Assembly: GCA_963791045.1 (NCBI GenBank)
Contig: CAWBQK010000011.1
Span: forward strand, 1-64,000
Length of the DNA stretch: 64,000 bases
Reading direction: 5' to 3'
Source of the DNA: Candidatus Latescibacterota bacterium
GTDB lineage: Bacteria > Krumholzibacteriota > Krumholzibacteriia > WVZY01
The position numbers were made by a program, and so were the translations under genes. Numbering within the stretch: the first letter of the stretch is position 1; each line of letters begins with the position of its first letter. The notes beneath the pieces are model-generated. The model saw nothing but the letters and a program-made list of their open reading frames with translations, had not been told where the DNA came from and made no database searches. Positions 1 through 11,415 of this stretch are shown one piece after another.

Positions 1-28
1 ATCTCCCGATCAGGGGTTCAGAATCCTT

Positions 29-823
29 CTACCGCGACAGGTTGTTCGCCTGGTCGGTCATGCATTTCTTCCGAAGTCTTGATCGCCTTCGAGTTGATCT
101 CGAAGGCGCGCTGGGCGACGATCATCTTGATCATCTCTTCGACGACATTGACATTGGACCGCTCAAGCGCTCCTTGCTGCAGCGAGCCGATCCCCAATTC
201 TCCCCGGCGCACCGATGATCGGGTCTCCGCTCGGAGGCCGGCCCAGCCGCATCAGATTGCCGCCCGACCGACTCCAGGCCGCTCGGATTGATGAAGCGCG
301 CGAGGAGGAACTGGCCGAGTTCCGTAGGCGTCTCCTGGCCCGCCTCGCGGGCGAAGACGCGGCCCTCCCCGTCACCAGGAGCGACTCGGTCTCTTCGGGA
401 ATCGTCATCTCCGGAATCAGGGGTAGGCCGCTGGAGATCACAGACGCGTCCTTCTCCATCGATGCGCAGGGCACCGTCGCGCGTGTACCCCATGGTCCCA
501 TCGGGAAGCTGCACTTGGAAGAGCCCGTCGCCCTCGATCAGCAGATCGAGAGGGTTGTCGGTCGCCTCGGTATCGCCCTGGGAGAAGACCTTCGGCGAGG
601 CCACCAGTTTGGTGCCGTGCCCGACCTGTAGATGCGGAGGGCACTTGCGTCCCCCCTCTCCGGGCCCGGCAGGCCGGATGGTCTGGTAGAGCAGATCCTC
701 GAAATCGACGCTGCTCTTCTTGAAACCGGTGGTGTTCACATTGGCCAGGTTGTGGGCCACGATATCAATGTTCAGCTGCTGGGCCGTCATTCCCGAGGCC
801 GCTGTGCGCAACGCTCTCAACAT
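29..823 (-). CDS. flgG: Flagellar distal rod protein FlgG (split by indels)
   Basis: MLRALRTAASGMTAQQLNIDIVAHNLANVNTTGFKKS, GYTRDG and C-terminal LERSNVNVVEEMIKMIVAQRAFEINSKAI lie across three frames. Confidence 0.93.
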
Positions 824-858
824 AGCCGAGCTCCCCTTCTGTTGGAATCCGCCCGACC

Positions 859-1578
859 CTAGGCTTGCGCCCAATCGAGCAAGCGGCCCAGGCTCTCGTC
901 TTGGGCCTGAAACGCCTTCTGGTTCATCTCGAAGTGACGCGTCAGGGTGAGACATCTCGACCAGGACCTCGAAGCGCCTGAACGTTGGGGCCTTCGAGGA
1001 CCCCCTGGAGCACGCGACTCTCTGAGGCCGGCAGCGAGTCCCCTCGGCCGCCAGCAACCCGCTACCGGCGTGGTGTAGGTATTGCTCCGCGGTCTCGAGG
1101 AGCGCACCACCCGCACGCGCGCCGACCAACTCTTCTCCGGCCCGCACCTCGCCGCCCGGCGTCCAGGCAGGCAACGCCATCCGGCACCGCCAGCGGGCCT
1201 CCTTCCCCCAGCAGCGGGAACCCTTGACTCGTCACCAACGTGCCGCCCTCGCCACGCTGGAAGTGTCCCGCGCGGGTGAAGCGCTCGCCGGAGGGCGTAT
1301 CGACAACGAAGTAGCCCTCGCCCTGAATCGCCAAGTCGAACGGCCGGTCGGTCACCTCGTAGGCTCCGGGGCTGGAATCGAGAGCGGCCAACAACTGCGG
1401 GGTGGGGGTCCCGATGGATCCCGTGGCGGAAGTGGCACTGGCCGCTACCCGTTCAAAGGCAATGCGATCTTGACGGAAGCCGGCGGTGCTGGCGTTGGCG
1501 AGGTTGTTGGTCAACGCTTCCTGCGGATACTGCCGGGCGACCATCGCCGCGCCCCGCCATGAAAATGCCCTTGGACAT
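859..1578 (-). CDS. flgF: Flagellar proximal rod protein FlgF (frameshifted)
   Basis: NNLANASTAGFR, DLAIQGEGYFVV, RFTRAGHF and C-terminal RHFEMNQKAFQAQDESLGRL; directly upstream of flgG. Confidence 0.88.
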
Positions 1579-1631
1579 CGATTCCTTCCTCTCCGGTCCC
1601 CGCCACGGGAACCGCGTCCGCCATCCCAAGC

Positions 1632-1646
1632 GCAAGGCCCGTGCCA
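1632..1646 (-). promoter_or_regulatory. Sigma54 (-24/-12) promoter of flgFG
   Basis: Minus strand reads TGGCAC-GGGCC-TTGC, an exact consensus match about 55 nt upstream of the flgF ATG. Confidence 0.85.
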
Positions 1647-1685
1647 CTCGGAACCGGCGATGGGCTGAATTATTATCCACATGTA

Positions 1686-1698
1686 TTTCAATGAGTTG
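1686..1698. promoter_or_regulatory. IHF-like site between the sigma54 promoter and upstream dyads
   Basis: TTTCAATGAGTTG, one mismatch to WATCAANNNNTTR, in an AT-rich patch. Confidence 0.45.
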
Positions 1699-1797
1699 CG
1701 GGGCCCGAAGCGAGAAGGAAGTCGAAATCGAAGAAAGCGGCGTGACCCGGCCGGGAGGGGAGAAAACCTCTCCCCCTACGGGAGAATTATCTTCTCC

Positions 1798-3258
1798 CTA
1801 CCTTTCATCCCCGGAGGGGGGATCTTTCACCGTTGCGGGCGGCCTCGATAAGAGCCTCCGCCGATTCCCGGACCACGGCCTGCAGGAGAGCACCGATACG
1901 GGCGAGGGCCTCTCGGGATTGGGGGAAGGATCCTCGAAGGGATCACGCCCGGCCAGAGCGCGGAGAAGAAGAGGTCCGTCCCGCCTTTCCGTCTCCCACC
2001 AGTCGGGGTTGCTGTCGTGCCACCAAATCCGCTCGTCCATCAGAGCACCCTCGTCGACAGCGATCGACCCGGGGTACCGAACCTCGTCCGCCCCCCACGC
2101 GGATCGCGACGACACCGGGTTCTTCACGGAGCGCCCGGCGATGCTTGCCCCGTCGACGGGCCGCGCCGCGCCGGCCACACCGGTCGGAAACAGGACCGAC
2201 AAGGAGCCGCCTTCCGCGGCGACCCGGAGAGAGAGGGCCTCCCGGCCGGCGGGTCGAGCCAGACCCGGGACTCGCCGGTTCGGAGAAGAAGGAGGAAGAG
2301 AGTCCCACGCTCGTCTTGGATCGAGACGGGAACCTGCCACGCCGTTTCCCGGCGCCCCCAGGAATCGGGCAGATTGTTCACCTGGATCGATTCGATCGTA
2401 TCGAGGATCCGGCCCGCCCACGCCGAAGCCCGGAAGACGCCCCGACGGGCGGGGCCACTGCGCCGCGGAAGATCCCGGGATGGAGCGTCCGCAACCAGCG
2501 GTAGAGGTCGATCAGCGCGCCCTTCAGGTCGCCCCCCCATCAGATCCTCTTCTCCCCATCCCTCCCGGCCCGACGCCACGAGGCGGGCTTCGTACCCGTA
2601 CCCGCACCGGCGGAGTGCGTGGAGGAGGGCATCCTCTTCACCCGCATCGGCGAGATCGAGAAAATATGTGTCCAGGCTCCGGGCCCGGTCGGCCGATTCC
2701 CGGCATGCCGGTCCCCGCAGCAGGTGCTCCAACGAGCCGAGTTCATCGACGAGCCGTCCGAGGGCGCGCCCCATCCGGGCGCCCCCCCCGGAACGAAGGG
2801 CCGCGAGGGCGCGGCGGGACGAGGGAAGTCCCCGGGCGCGGACCGCGAGGAGCGTGGCGATTTCGTCACGCAACAGAAGCAGCGGGACCGGTTCCGTTTC
2901 GAGGGCGGGCATCGTCTCCCTGAGCTCCCGGACCACGTCCCGGGTCAGTCCCCCCGGTGTCGTCCAGACCGAACTCGGCGGCGGTGACGGCGATCATGGT
3001 TTCGAGGGTTTCCACGGAGTGCCCGGACGATACCGAGCTCCCGCTCTCCTCGCCGCTCCGCCCCCCGGGCCCCCTCACGCGAAGCCTTCGGCCCTCGTCG
3101 GAATCCTCCACGACGGCCGTGACGACCCGTCCGATCGCGAGGGGCAGATCGGTCCACGCCACGACGGTCTGCCCCTCGAGGTCGAAGAAGGGCTTTGCCG
3201 GCCGGGAGAACCCGAAAACCTTCGCGCGCACCTTGTCACCGATCTTCAGATTCTTCAT
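1798..3258 (-). CDS. Hypothetical protein, possibly FliK-like C-terminal region (frameshifted; 3' end uncertain)
   Basis: Joined frames MKNLKIGDKVRAKV... / ...ILDTIESIQVNNL..WQVPVSIQDERGTLFL / ...LSLRVAAEGGSLSVLF; same strand as and within the flagellar cluster. Confidence 0.5.
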
Positions 3259-3319
3259 CGATTCCGATCTCTCTGGTCGTTGTCGGTGGGAGGATCGGCC
3301 GGCGGATGGCGGAAAGAAA

Positions 3320-3577
3320 CTAGACGAGCAGATCGAGCCGTTTCCCCCGGACCAGATTCTTCCCCGGCGGGCGTTTGGGGGGGTCTTATTCAACGGCCGG
3401 TTTCTTGCGCTCCTCCGACTCTTCATCCTGCTCGTGCCGCCGGGCCTGCTCGTCCACGAGTTCCTCGAACTCCCGCTCCGGCTCCTTATCACGCCCCCTC
3501 TTGCGCGTCCGGTTTACCCGGGAAAGGGGGTCCGTCTTCGGAGGCTGATGGGGCATTTCCACCGAGTCGGGACACAC
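3320..3577 (-). CDS. Small charged hypothetical protein
   Basis: 63-aa ORF (DKEPEREFEELVDE) plus a probable frameshifted tail ending GKRLDLLV*. Confidence 0.45.
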
Positions 3578-4323
3578 GGCTCGTACCTGAGCGATTCGAG
3601 GATCCCTCGGAGATGAGCCCGAAGGACCGTCAGTGCCTTGCCATGGATCTGGGATATGCGTGATTCCGAGATGCCGAGTAATTCCCCGATCTCCTTCATC
3701 TTGAGACCTTCATAGTAATAAAGCATGAGCACCACCCGTTCCGTCCGGGGCAGGTCGCGGATGCGCCCCACGAGAATGTCCCGGATTTCCTGGCGCTCGA
3801 TCACGTCGAGGACCGTGTCCGCCTCCGTCGTGTCTCCACCCGCTTCGGCATGACCCTCTCCGTTCTCGTTCAGGGAGAAGAGGGCGAGCGAAGTGGCCTG
3901 GGCCATGAGGTTCGATACTTCCACGGCGTCGATGCCGAGGTCGTCTCCGATCTCGTCGTCCGTCGGCGTCCGCCCGAGCGAACCTTGCAGACGACCGGTC
4001 GATTCCTCGACGCGGCGAATCTTGACTCGTGTCGAGTAGGGCAACGGATCGAGGGAACGGAGGAAGTCGAGAATGGCCTGGCGGATGCAACGCCCCGCGT
4101 AGGTCTCGAGAGAGAGACCCCGGCTCTCGTCGAAACGGTCCACGGCGCGGATCAGGCCGAGCGTGCCGGCGCTCACCACGTCCGCCAGATCGACCCGCCG
4201 GGGGAGGCGGGCTCCGAGGGCGTGGGCGATCCGTTTCACCAGCGGCATCTGGGCGAGGATCCTCTCCTCCCGCTCCGCCTGGACGGCCTTCACGTATGGA
4301 TTGGTCTGGGTCGTCGGGGTCAT
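3514..4323 (-). CDS. fliA: RNA polymerase sigma factor FliA/WhiG (sigma28)
   Basis: DVVSAGTLGLIRAVDRFDESRG, AILDFLRSLD, LYYYEGLKMKEIGELLGISESRISQIH. Confidence 0.92.
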   Translation of the reverse strand: MTPTTQTNPYVKAVQAEREERILAQMPLVKRIAHALGARLPRRVDLADVVSAGTLGLIRAVDRFDESRGLSLETYAGRCIRQAILDFLRSLDPLPYSTRVKIRRVEESTGRLQGSLGRTPTDDEIGDDLGIDAVEVSNLMAQATSLALFSLNENGEGHAEAGGDTTEADTVLDVIERQEIRDILVGRIRDLPRTERVVLMLYYYEGLKMKEIGELLGISESRISQIHGKALTVLRAHLRGILESLRYEPCVPTRWKCPISLRRRTPFPG

Positions 4324-4341
4324 GTTTACCGTTGCTTCTTC

Positions 4342-6463
4342 TTACGTCGCGACGGGCTGCGGCTCCTCCCTGGAGACGACGCCCTCACGGTTTTGGCGCT
4401 CGTCGAGCGTAAGAGTCCCTACACTGTAAACATCGACATCCGGGGCGATTTCGTGATAGGAGAGCACCGGCAAGGTCGGAAATGAGGCATCCGTAAGCCG
4501 TCGCATGGCGAGCCTCACCTGGGGGGCGGTGAGAAGGGCGACCCTCTGATTGGCCTGGAACGCCGTTTTCACCATTTCTTCGAGGTTTCGGAGCAATCTT
4601 TGCGTCTCCGCCGGAGGGAGCCCGGCGGCGAGGGTCGTTCCGTCTCTCATCGACTGCATCACGGCGTGCTCGAGGGACGGGTCCATGGAGACGACCCCGA
4701 GCTCCGGTCGGGACCGACGCAGGATTCGCTGATGGGACGGCTGAGCGACACCCCGGACGTATTCGGTGAGGAGGTCCACCTCTTTCACCTGGGGGGCGAA
4801 GTCGCCGAGGGTCTCGAGGACCGTGCCGAGATCGCGGACCGGTACCCGTTCCTTCAGGAGGTTCTGGAGCACCCGGTGGACCGTTCCGAGGGAGACGACC
4901 TCGGGCACCACGTCCTTGATCGCCGCCGGGCTGTCCTTCTTCAGCTCGTCAAGAAGGACCTGCGTATCCTGGCGGGTCACGATCTCCCACGCGTGGGACT
5001 TGATCACTTCGGTCAGATGGGTGGCGAGCACGACGCTTGCACCGACCACCGTGAGCCCCGCGTCCTCAGCCGCCGATTTGGCGTCCTGGGTGATCCACTT
5101 CGCGTCGAGCCCGAAGGCGGGCTCTTTCGCGTCCGTCCCGTCGATCTTGGCGAGCCCTTCCTTCGCCCCCATGGCGAGATAGTGGCCTATGCGCAGGTCG
5201 CCCCGGGCGACCCGGTGACCGCGGATTCGAAGCTCGTAGTCGTCCGGCTTCAGACGGATGTCGTCGCGCACCCGGATCCGGGGAACGATGATGCCGAGAT
5301 CGCTCGCCACCATGCGGCGCATCGCGACGACCCGGTCGAGGAAATCGCTCCCCCCCTCCTCGTCCATGAGGGGAATGAGGCCGTACCCGATGGCTACTTC
5401 GAGGCGGTCCACCTTCAGGAAGTCTTCGGGCTTCTCCTCCGCCGCGGGGGCCGGAGCGGCTTTTTCTTCGGCGGCGGCGGCCGCGGCCTTCTCCTCTTTC
5501 ACACCGACCCGGCTGATGAGCAGGAGCACACCCGCGAGGGCGAGAAGGGGCGAGGTCGGCATGCCGGGCGTGATCGCGAGGGCGTAAGGGTTCCCGCCAC
5601 GATGAACAGAGGCTTACGCTTCGAGAAGAGCTGCTTCCCGATCTCTTGGCCGAGCCGCGATTCACCGGCCGCCCGGGTGACCACCATGCCCGCGGCGGTG
5701 GAGAGATCAGCGCCGGGATCTGGCTGACCAGGCCGTCGCCGACGGTCAGGAGGTGAAGGGGCCGAGGGCTTCGCCGGCGGTCATGCCCATCTGGATCATG
5801 CCGATCGACGAAGCCGGCGGCGATGTTGACCACGGTGATGATGATGCCGGCGATGGCGTCGCCCTTGACGAACTTGCTGGCGCCGTCCATGGCGCCGAAG
5901 AACTCGGCCTCCTGGGCGATCTCCTGCGCGCCGGTGCCGGGCCTGCGCTTCGTTGATGAGGCCGGCGTTCAGGTCGGCGTCGATGGCCATCTGCTTGCCG
6001 GGCATGGCGTCCAGGGTGAAGCGGGCGCGCCACCTCGGCGATGCGCGCCGGAACCCTTGGTGATGACCATGAAGTTGATGACCACCAGGATGATGAACAC
6101 GATCACGCCGATGACGTAGTTGCCGCCCACCACGAAGTCGCCGAAGCTCTGGATCACCTGGCCCGCGTAGCCCCTGCTGAGGATCAGGCGGGTGGAGGCC
6201 ACGTTCAGCGAGAGCCGGAACAGGGTGACCACGAGCAGGAGACTCGGAAAGACGGAGAGCTGGAGCGGCGCGCTCACATACAGGGCGTTCACGAGCACCA
6301 CGAGGGAGAACGTGATATTGAAGGTGAGGAGGATGTCCATCACGAACGTCGGGAGGGGGACGATCATCACCCCGATGATCCCGATCACGCCGATGGCGAG
6401 CAGGATATCCGGGTACTTCGCTACCGAAAATCCGCCGCCGGCCGCTACCTTGGTCTCCGCCAA
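4342..6463 (-). CDS. flhA: Flagellar export protein FlhA (frameshifted)
   Basis: [54 protein letters not shown], cytoplasmic domain [11 protein letters not shown]...EPAFGL. Confidence 0.95.
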
Positions 6464-6490
6464 CTTGCTCTCCCTTCCCTTCCGCCTCGT

Positions 6491-7567
6491 TTATCCGAGC
6501 GGGTTCATCCGCCCTTGAAGCTGATATACGTAACTCAACACCTCGGCCACCGCCCGATAGAGATCGCCGGGGATCGCCCCGCCGACTTCCACCAGCTTGT
6601 AAAGTGACCGGGCGAGGGGTTTGTTCTCCACCACCGGAATATCGTGTTCCTTCGCGATATCTTTGATGCGCTGCGCGAGGAGCCGCTTTCCTTTCGCCAC
6701 CACCAGGGGCGCGTCCATCGTGTCCGGCTCGTACCTGAGGGCCACGGCGATCTCCGTCGGGTTCGTGAGCACCACCGTCGCCTTGGGCACGTCCTGCATC
6801 ATGCGACGCCGGGCCAGCTCTTTCTGGGCGGACCGGATGCGCCCCTTGATGATCGGGTCCCCTTCGGTCTCCTTGGACTCGTCCTTCACGTCCCGCTTCG
6901 ACATCATCAGATCCTTCGTATGGCTCCGCCTCTGGTAGGCGTAATCGATGATTCCGAGAACGAGGAGAACGAGGCTCGCCTTCATGAGAATCGAGAGGGC
7001 GAATCCGCTCGCGTTCGAGAAGACGTAATCCAGTCCCACGTCGATGTGCTCGAGGAGGACCGGGATCGCCCCCTTGAGCGCGTAGAAGCAGACCAGGCCG
7101 ATGAGGACGAGCTTGACGCTGTCCACGGCGAGCTTGAAAAAGACCTTGCCCGAGAAGAGCTTTCCCGCGCCCGTGATGGGGTTGAGTTTCCCCAGACTGA
7201 ACGAGATCCCCTGGGTGCTGATGATGAGCCCCCCCGAGATGAAGAGGTTAATGGCGATCCCCATGACGGCGAGGGTGAGGAAGGTCGGCGAGATAATGAG
7301 GCCCGCCCACCGGACCCACGCCTCGATGATGCCGGGCGCCGACTCCACGGTCACCGGGGTCCGGGCGGACTCCTCCAGGGCCCAGGTGAACTTCTGGAGG
7401 ATTTCCTTCTTCATCCAGGGACCGCTCCACTTCAGCACCGCGGCGCCCGTCAGGACCATCACCGCCGACTTGAGCTCGTTCGACTTGACAACCTGGCCCT
7501 TTTGCCGGGCCTTCTGTTGTTTTCGATGTGTCGGTTTTTCTGTCCGTTCGTGCTTCGACTGCGACAT
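6491..7567 (-). CDS. flhB: Flagellar export switch protein FlhB
   Basis: Intact 358 aa; ERTEKPT, KETEGDP and the NPTE autocleavage-type motif. Confidence 0.95.
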   Translation of the reverse strand: MSQSKHERTEKPTHRKQQKARQKGQVVKSNELKSAVMVLTGAAVLKWSGPWMKKEILQKFTWALEESARTPVTVESAPGIIEAWVRWAGLIISPTFLTLAVMGIAINLFISGGLIISTQGISFSLGKLNPITGAGKLFSGKVFFKLAVDSVKLVLIGLVCFYALKGAIPVLLEHIDVGLDYVFSNASGFALSILMKASLVLLVLGIIDYAYQRRSHTKDLMMSKRDVKDESKETEGDPIIKGRIRSAQKELARRRMMQDVPKATVVLTNPTEIAVALRYEPDTMDAPLVVAKGKRLLAQRIKDIAKEHDIPVVENKPLARSLYKLVEVGGAIPGDLYRAVAEVLSYVYQLQGRMNPLG

Positions 7568-7582
7568 GTCCCTACTTCTTCC

Positions 7583-8362
7583 CTAGGGTGCGAGCTGGTC
7601 GAGCAGCCCGTGCAAAGTGAGGGGAATCGAATCGATCGCCCCTCCCATGAGACTCACGAAAACCGGCATGGTCGCCACGAGAACCAAGATCCCCACCAAG
7701 ATCCGGAGGGCCAGACCGACGGTGAAGATGTTCATCTGCGGCACACCGCGGGAGATGACGCCGATCACCGCCTCGGTAAGGAAGACACTCGCCAGCACCG
7801 GCGCGGCGATCTGGACGCCGAGAACGATCATCTGGCAGAAGAGCCGAACCAGACCTTCCGCCAGGCCGGGGGTGAGAGACCCCTGGCCCAGCGGAACCAT
7901 CTGGAAACTCTTGCCGAGGGCGAGAAGCGCCGATCGGTGCCCGCCGAGCAGAAGAAAAAGAACGAGAACCATGATCCCCTGAAGCTGGTCGATCAGGGTG
8001 TTTTGCTCCTTGGTGATCGGGTCCATGACATTCGCGAGGCCGAAACCGATATGAACCCCCGCGATCCGGCCCGCGTACTTGGCGGATTCCAGAAAGAGGA
8101 GGACCACGAAGCCGAGGAGCATGCCCACGGAGAGTTCCTTCGCCAGCAGGGGGATGAATCCGGCGCTCGTCGCATCGGGAATCCCGCGCGTCGAAGCGAG
8201 TGGGAAGAGGAGAAGGGAGAGGAGGATGGTCATCCACACCCGGTGCACGCCGGGAATGGCGCCCCGCCCGAAGACCGGAAGCAGCATGAGGACGCCCCCC
8301 ACCCGCGTTCCCGAGAGCAGGAAAATGGGGAGGTCCGTCGCCAGGCGGTCGATCGAGTTCAT
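7583..8362 (-). CDS. fliR: Flagellar export protein FliR
   Basis: Hydrophobic ~260 aa; GFGLANVMDP, VPQMNIFTVG. Confidence 0.93.
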   Translation of the reverse strand: MNSIDRLATDLPIFLLSGTRVGGVLMLLPVFGRGAIPGVHRVWMTILLSLLLFPLASTRGIPDATSAGFIPLLAKELSVGMLLGFVVLLFLESAKYAGRIAGVHIGFGLANVMDPITKEQNTLIDQLQGIMVLVLFLLLGGHRSALLALGKSFQMVPLGQGSLTPGLAEGLVRLFCQMIVLGVQIAAPVLASVFLTEAVIGVISRGVPQMNIFTVGLALRILVGILVLVATMPVFVSLMGGAIDSIPLTLHGLLDQLAP

Positions 8363-8389
8363 CTCCGGTCTCTCCTCCACACGAACGAT

Positions 8390-8658
8390 CTAGCGAATGA
8401 ACACCCGGAAATCGCCGAAAAGGACGGTCGTGAACTTCACCAGTTTCTGGATCATCCACGGCATGAAGATCAGGAACGCCACGGCCACGCCGAGGATCTT
8501 CGGCACGAAGCTGAGCGTCGCCTCCTGGATCTGGGTGACCGCCTGGAGGACGCTGATCGCGACCCCCATGACAGGCCCACCGCGAGCAGAGGGCCCGCCA
8601 CGGCGAGGGCGGTCATGAGCGCGTCCCGGCCCAGGTTGATCAGCATCTCTTCGGTCAA
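8390..8658 (-). CDS. fliQ: Flagellar export protein FliQ (one frameshift)
   Basis: [14 protein letters not shown]... / [20 protein letters not shown]. Confidence 0.93.
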
Positions 8659-8679
8659 GGCCTTCCTCCTCCCTTCCGC

Positions 8680-9466
8680 CTATCCGAAACTCGTCACCAG
8701 GGACTGCACGATCAGGAACCAGCCGTCCACCAGCACGAAGAGCAGGATCTTGAACGGCAGGACTGATCAGCACCGGCGGCAGCATCATCATGCCCATGGA
8801 CATGAGGACCGAGGCCACGACCATGTCGATGATCAGGAACGGGATGAACAGCACGAAGCCCATCTGGAACGCGGTCTTCAGCTCGCTGATCACGAAGGCG
8901 GGCACCACGAGCATGGGTGCGGCACCTCGTCCCGCGAAGCCGCCGGCTCGAGATCGGTGAGCTCCAGGAAGAGCGCCAGGTCCTTTTCCCGGGTCTGGCG
9001 GAGCATGAACTCCCGGACCGGCTTCAGCGCCAGGTTCCACGCCTCCCCTTCCTCGATCTCCTCGGCCAGTGAGGGGCTGGATCGCCGTCCTCGTTCACCT
9101 GCTGCCAGACCGGCGCCATGATGAAGACGGTCAGGAACAGGGCGAGGCCGATGACGATCTGGTTCGGCGGCATCTGCTGCGCGCCGATGGCCTGCCGCAG
9201 GAACCGAGGACGATCACGATCCGCGTGAAGCTGGTGACGAGCACGGCGAAGGCCGGCGCCAGGGACAGCACCGTCATCAGCAGGACGATCTTGAGCGTCA
9301 TCGGAAGACCGGTGGCGTCTCCGTCGTCCCCGACCTGCAGGTTGATCTCGGGAATCGCGAGCGCGGGGGCCGCGGAGAGCGCCAGGAGCGCCGTGGCGGC
9401 GAGAACGATCATCCATCGCTCGGGGGAACGCGTTCGATTCCCTTCGGTGCGTCCCGTAATGGTCAT
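8680..9466 (-). CDS. fliP: Flagellar export protein FliP (frameshifted)
   Basis: [53 protein letters not shown]. Confidence 0.93.
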
Positions 9467-9468
9467 GT

Positions 9469-9979
9469 CTAACCTCGTGGTTTTCCTATCCGAGCCGTGA
9501 ATCCCTTCAGTACGCTCGCGAATGTCGCCGGTTCATCCAGCGCCGGGGAGGGCTGCTCGGGATAGAGCTTCTCCCCTTCTTCTTCCGAGAACTCGAGGAC
9601 CGGAGTGATCGTCTGGTCCGTGACTCCGACCACCACCACCCGGTCGCCCATCCGCACCGTGTAGAGCGCCCGCTTCGGGGCGAGAAAACACCGGTCGAGG
9701 ACCCGGACCTTGCCGAGCCGCGGCCCCGCCCCCCGCGGCCGTCGAAGAACCGGACGGCGTAGGAGGCGCCGAGAATCAACACGACGATCATGGTCAGCGA
9801 AAGGCCGACCTTCGCCGCGAGCCCGCCCATGTCGGGACCGCCGCCCACGAGGGGGGCGCGTCGTCCGCTCCGGCGGTCGCGGGAACGTCGCCGTGGAGGG
9901 GACCCCACGAGACGAAGAGCGCCAACCCGCAGAGCACCGGGAAGAGCACCAGCAGGATCCGGTTCTTCTTCACGCTCAC
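9469..9979 (-). CDS. fliO: Flagellar biosynthesis protein FliO (frameshifted)
   Basis: Transmembrane segment followed by [17 protein letters not shown]; lies between fliN and fliP. Confidence 0.75.
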
Positions 9980-9981
9980 GT

Positions 9982-10506
9982 CTACTTCCTCTTCGCCGCC
10001 GGCTTCATCAGCTCCGCGACGCGAATACCGAACTGCTCGTCCACCACCACGACCTCGCCGCGGCCGACCAGCTCCCCGTTCACGAGGATGTCGAGTGGCT
10101 TGCCGAGGGCCCGGTCGAGCTTGATCACCGACCCTGGACCGACGGCGAGGATGTCTTTGACGAACATCTCCGTCGATCCGAGCTCCACCGTCACGGGAAC
10201 GGTGACGTCGAGGAGGAGATCGATGTTGTCTCCCGGCGTCACCCCGTCCCGGGGCTTGAGCTCTTCAAACTCGGCACGCTGCACGTCCGGTCCTTCCCCG
10301 GGCTCTTCCGCGGGGGTTTCGGACGCCTCCACGCCTCCGTCCTCTTCCGGCGATTCCGCGGTCTCTTCCCCGCCCCCACCGGATCCCGTCTCTTCGGTCG
10401 CCGTCTCGCCGTTCGCCTCCGCCTCCTGCGGAGTCTCTTCGGCGGTCCCCGTGGCGGTTTCCGCCGCTTCCGGGGCCTCGGCCGTTTCCTTCACGTTCTC
10501 TTCCAC
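9982..10506 (-). CDS. fliN: Flagellar motor switch protein FliN with acidic N-terminal extension
   Basis: NIDLLLDVTVPVTVELG...LDILVNGELVGRGEVVVVDEQFGIRV. Confidence 0.93.
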   Translation of the reverse strand: MEENVKETAEAPEAAETATGTAEETPQEAEANGETATEETGSGGGGEETAESPEEDGGVEASETPAEEPGEGPDVQRAEFEELKPRDGVTPGDNIDLLLDVTVPVTVELGSTEMFVKDILAVGPGSVIKLDRALGKPLDILVNGELVGRGEVVVVDEQFGIRVAELMKPAAKRK

Positions 10507-10538
10507 GCCGGACTCCTTTCCCGCTCTATGGCCGCCGA

Positions 10539-11405
10539 CTACAAGCTGCGGCTGACTTGAATTCCGATCCGACCGTTGACGGCTCCGGGATGGCCGAGGA
10601 AGGCCAGGCAGCCGCCGACGCGAATTTCCACTTCGTCATCCAGTTTCCGGTCCAAGTAGAGCACGTCCCCCTCGCGGAGAGAGGCGACGTCCCTGATCTG
10701 TACGGGTGTCGGCACGAGCCGCACCCGGATCGGAAGGAGGACACGGCCGATGTGCGCGTCCGTGATCTTCTCGCCCGTGGCGCCGCCCCCCGTCGACTCC
10801 TCGTCGCCCAGACTGATGCCGAGGACCTCCGTCACCGCTTCGTAGGGGTAGAAGAGCTCGAGCACGCCGTTCCCCTCACCGAGGTCGACACTGAAGGAGG
10901 CGATGATTCCGGACGCCCCCGGGAAGGCCGTCCGCTCGTCCGGCCCCATCGGAACCGGCGGCGCGGGCGCGGTGCCCCCCCCCGTGGCGAGGGATCCGCC
11001 CACACCGGCCGCCACGGGCCCGAGCAGGGTGGTCTCGATCACGGTGGGAAAGCGATCGGCCTCACGGATCTCTCCGGGGCCTCCGAGAAAGCGATCGACG
11101 ATCGCCTGGCCGAGGGGCCCGGAGAGGCGGAACAGGATCGACCGTTCCGGCGAAGAGGCGAGGGGGAATGAATAGAGGAAGTCCGCCGGCGTCTGAAGGA
11201 GACGGGCGGGCAGCTCTTCGGAACTGCGCGTGAACTCGACGGAGCACTCCATCGTGAGATGATCCGCGAGGGCGCGCGCAATTCCCCGCGCGAGATGGGT
11301 GTGTATCGCGGCGAGCCGCTCTCGTGGTTCGACGCCGAGCCGCTCGGGCTGCCGGAAGTCATACGGGCGAACCCGGCTTCCGCCTTGTTCTTCCACCGTG
11401 GTCAT
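10539..11405 (-). CDS. fliM: Flagellar motor switch protein FliM (short, divergent)
   Basis: VRPYDFRQPER, AIVDRFLGG, C-terminal SpoA-like LREGDVLYLD; lies between fliL and fliN. Confidence 0.85.
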   Translation of the reverse strand: MTTVEEQGGSRVRPYDFRQPERLGVEPRERLAAIHTHLARGIARALADHLTMECSVEFTRSSEELPARLLQTPADFLYSFPLASSPERSILFRLSGPLGQAIVDRFLGGPGEIREADRFPTVIETTLLGPVAAGVGGSLATGGGTAPAPPVPMGPDERTAFPGASGIIASFSVDLGEGNGVLELFYPYEAVTEVLGISLGDEESTGGGATGEKITDAHIGRVLLPIRVRLVPTPVQIRDVASLREGDVLYLDRKLDDEVEIRVGGCLAFLGHPGAVNGRIGIQVSRSL

Positions 11406-11415
11406 GCCGGCACCC

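Noticed and set aside
6644-9121. Long plus-strand ORFs opposite flagellar genes (also 12273-14096, 20179-22665 and similar)
   Set aside because: Antisense shadows typical of high-GC coding DNA, with no recognisable motifs
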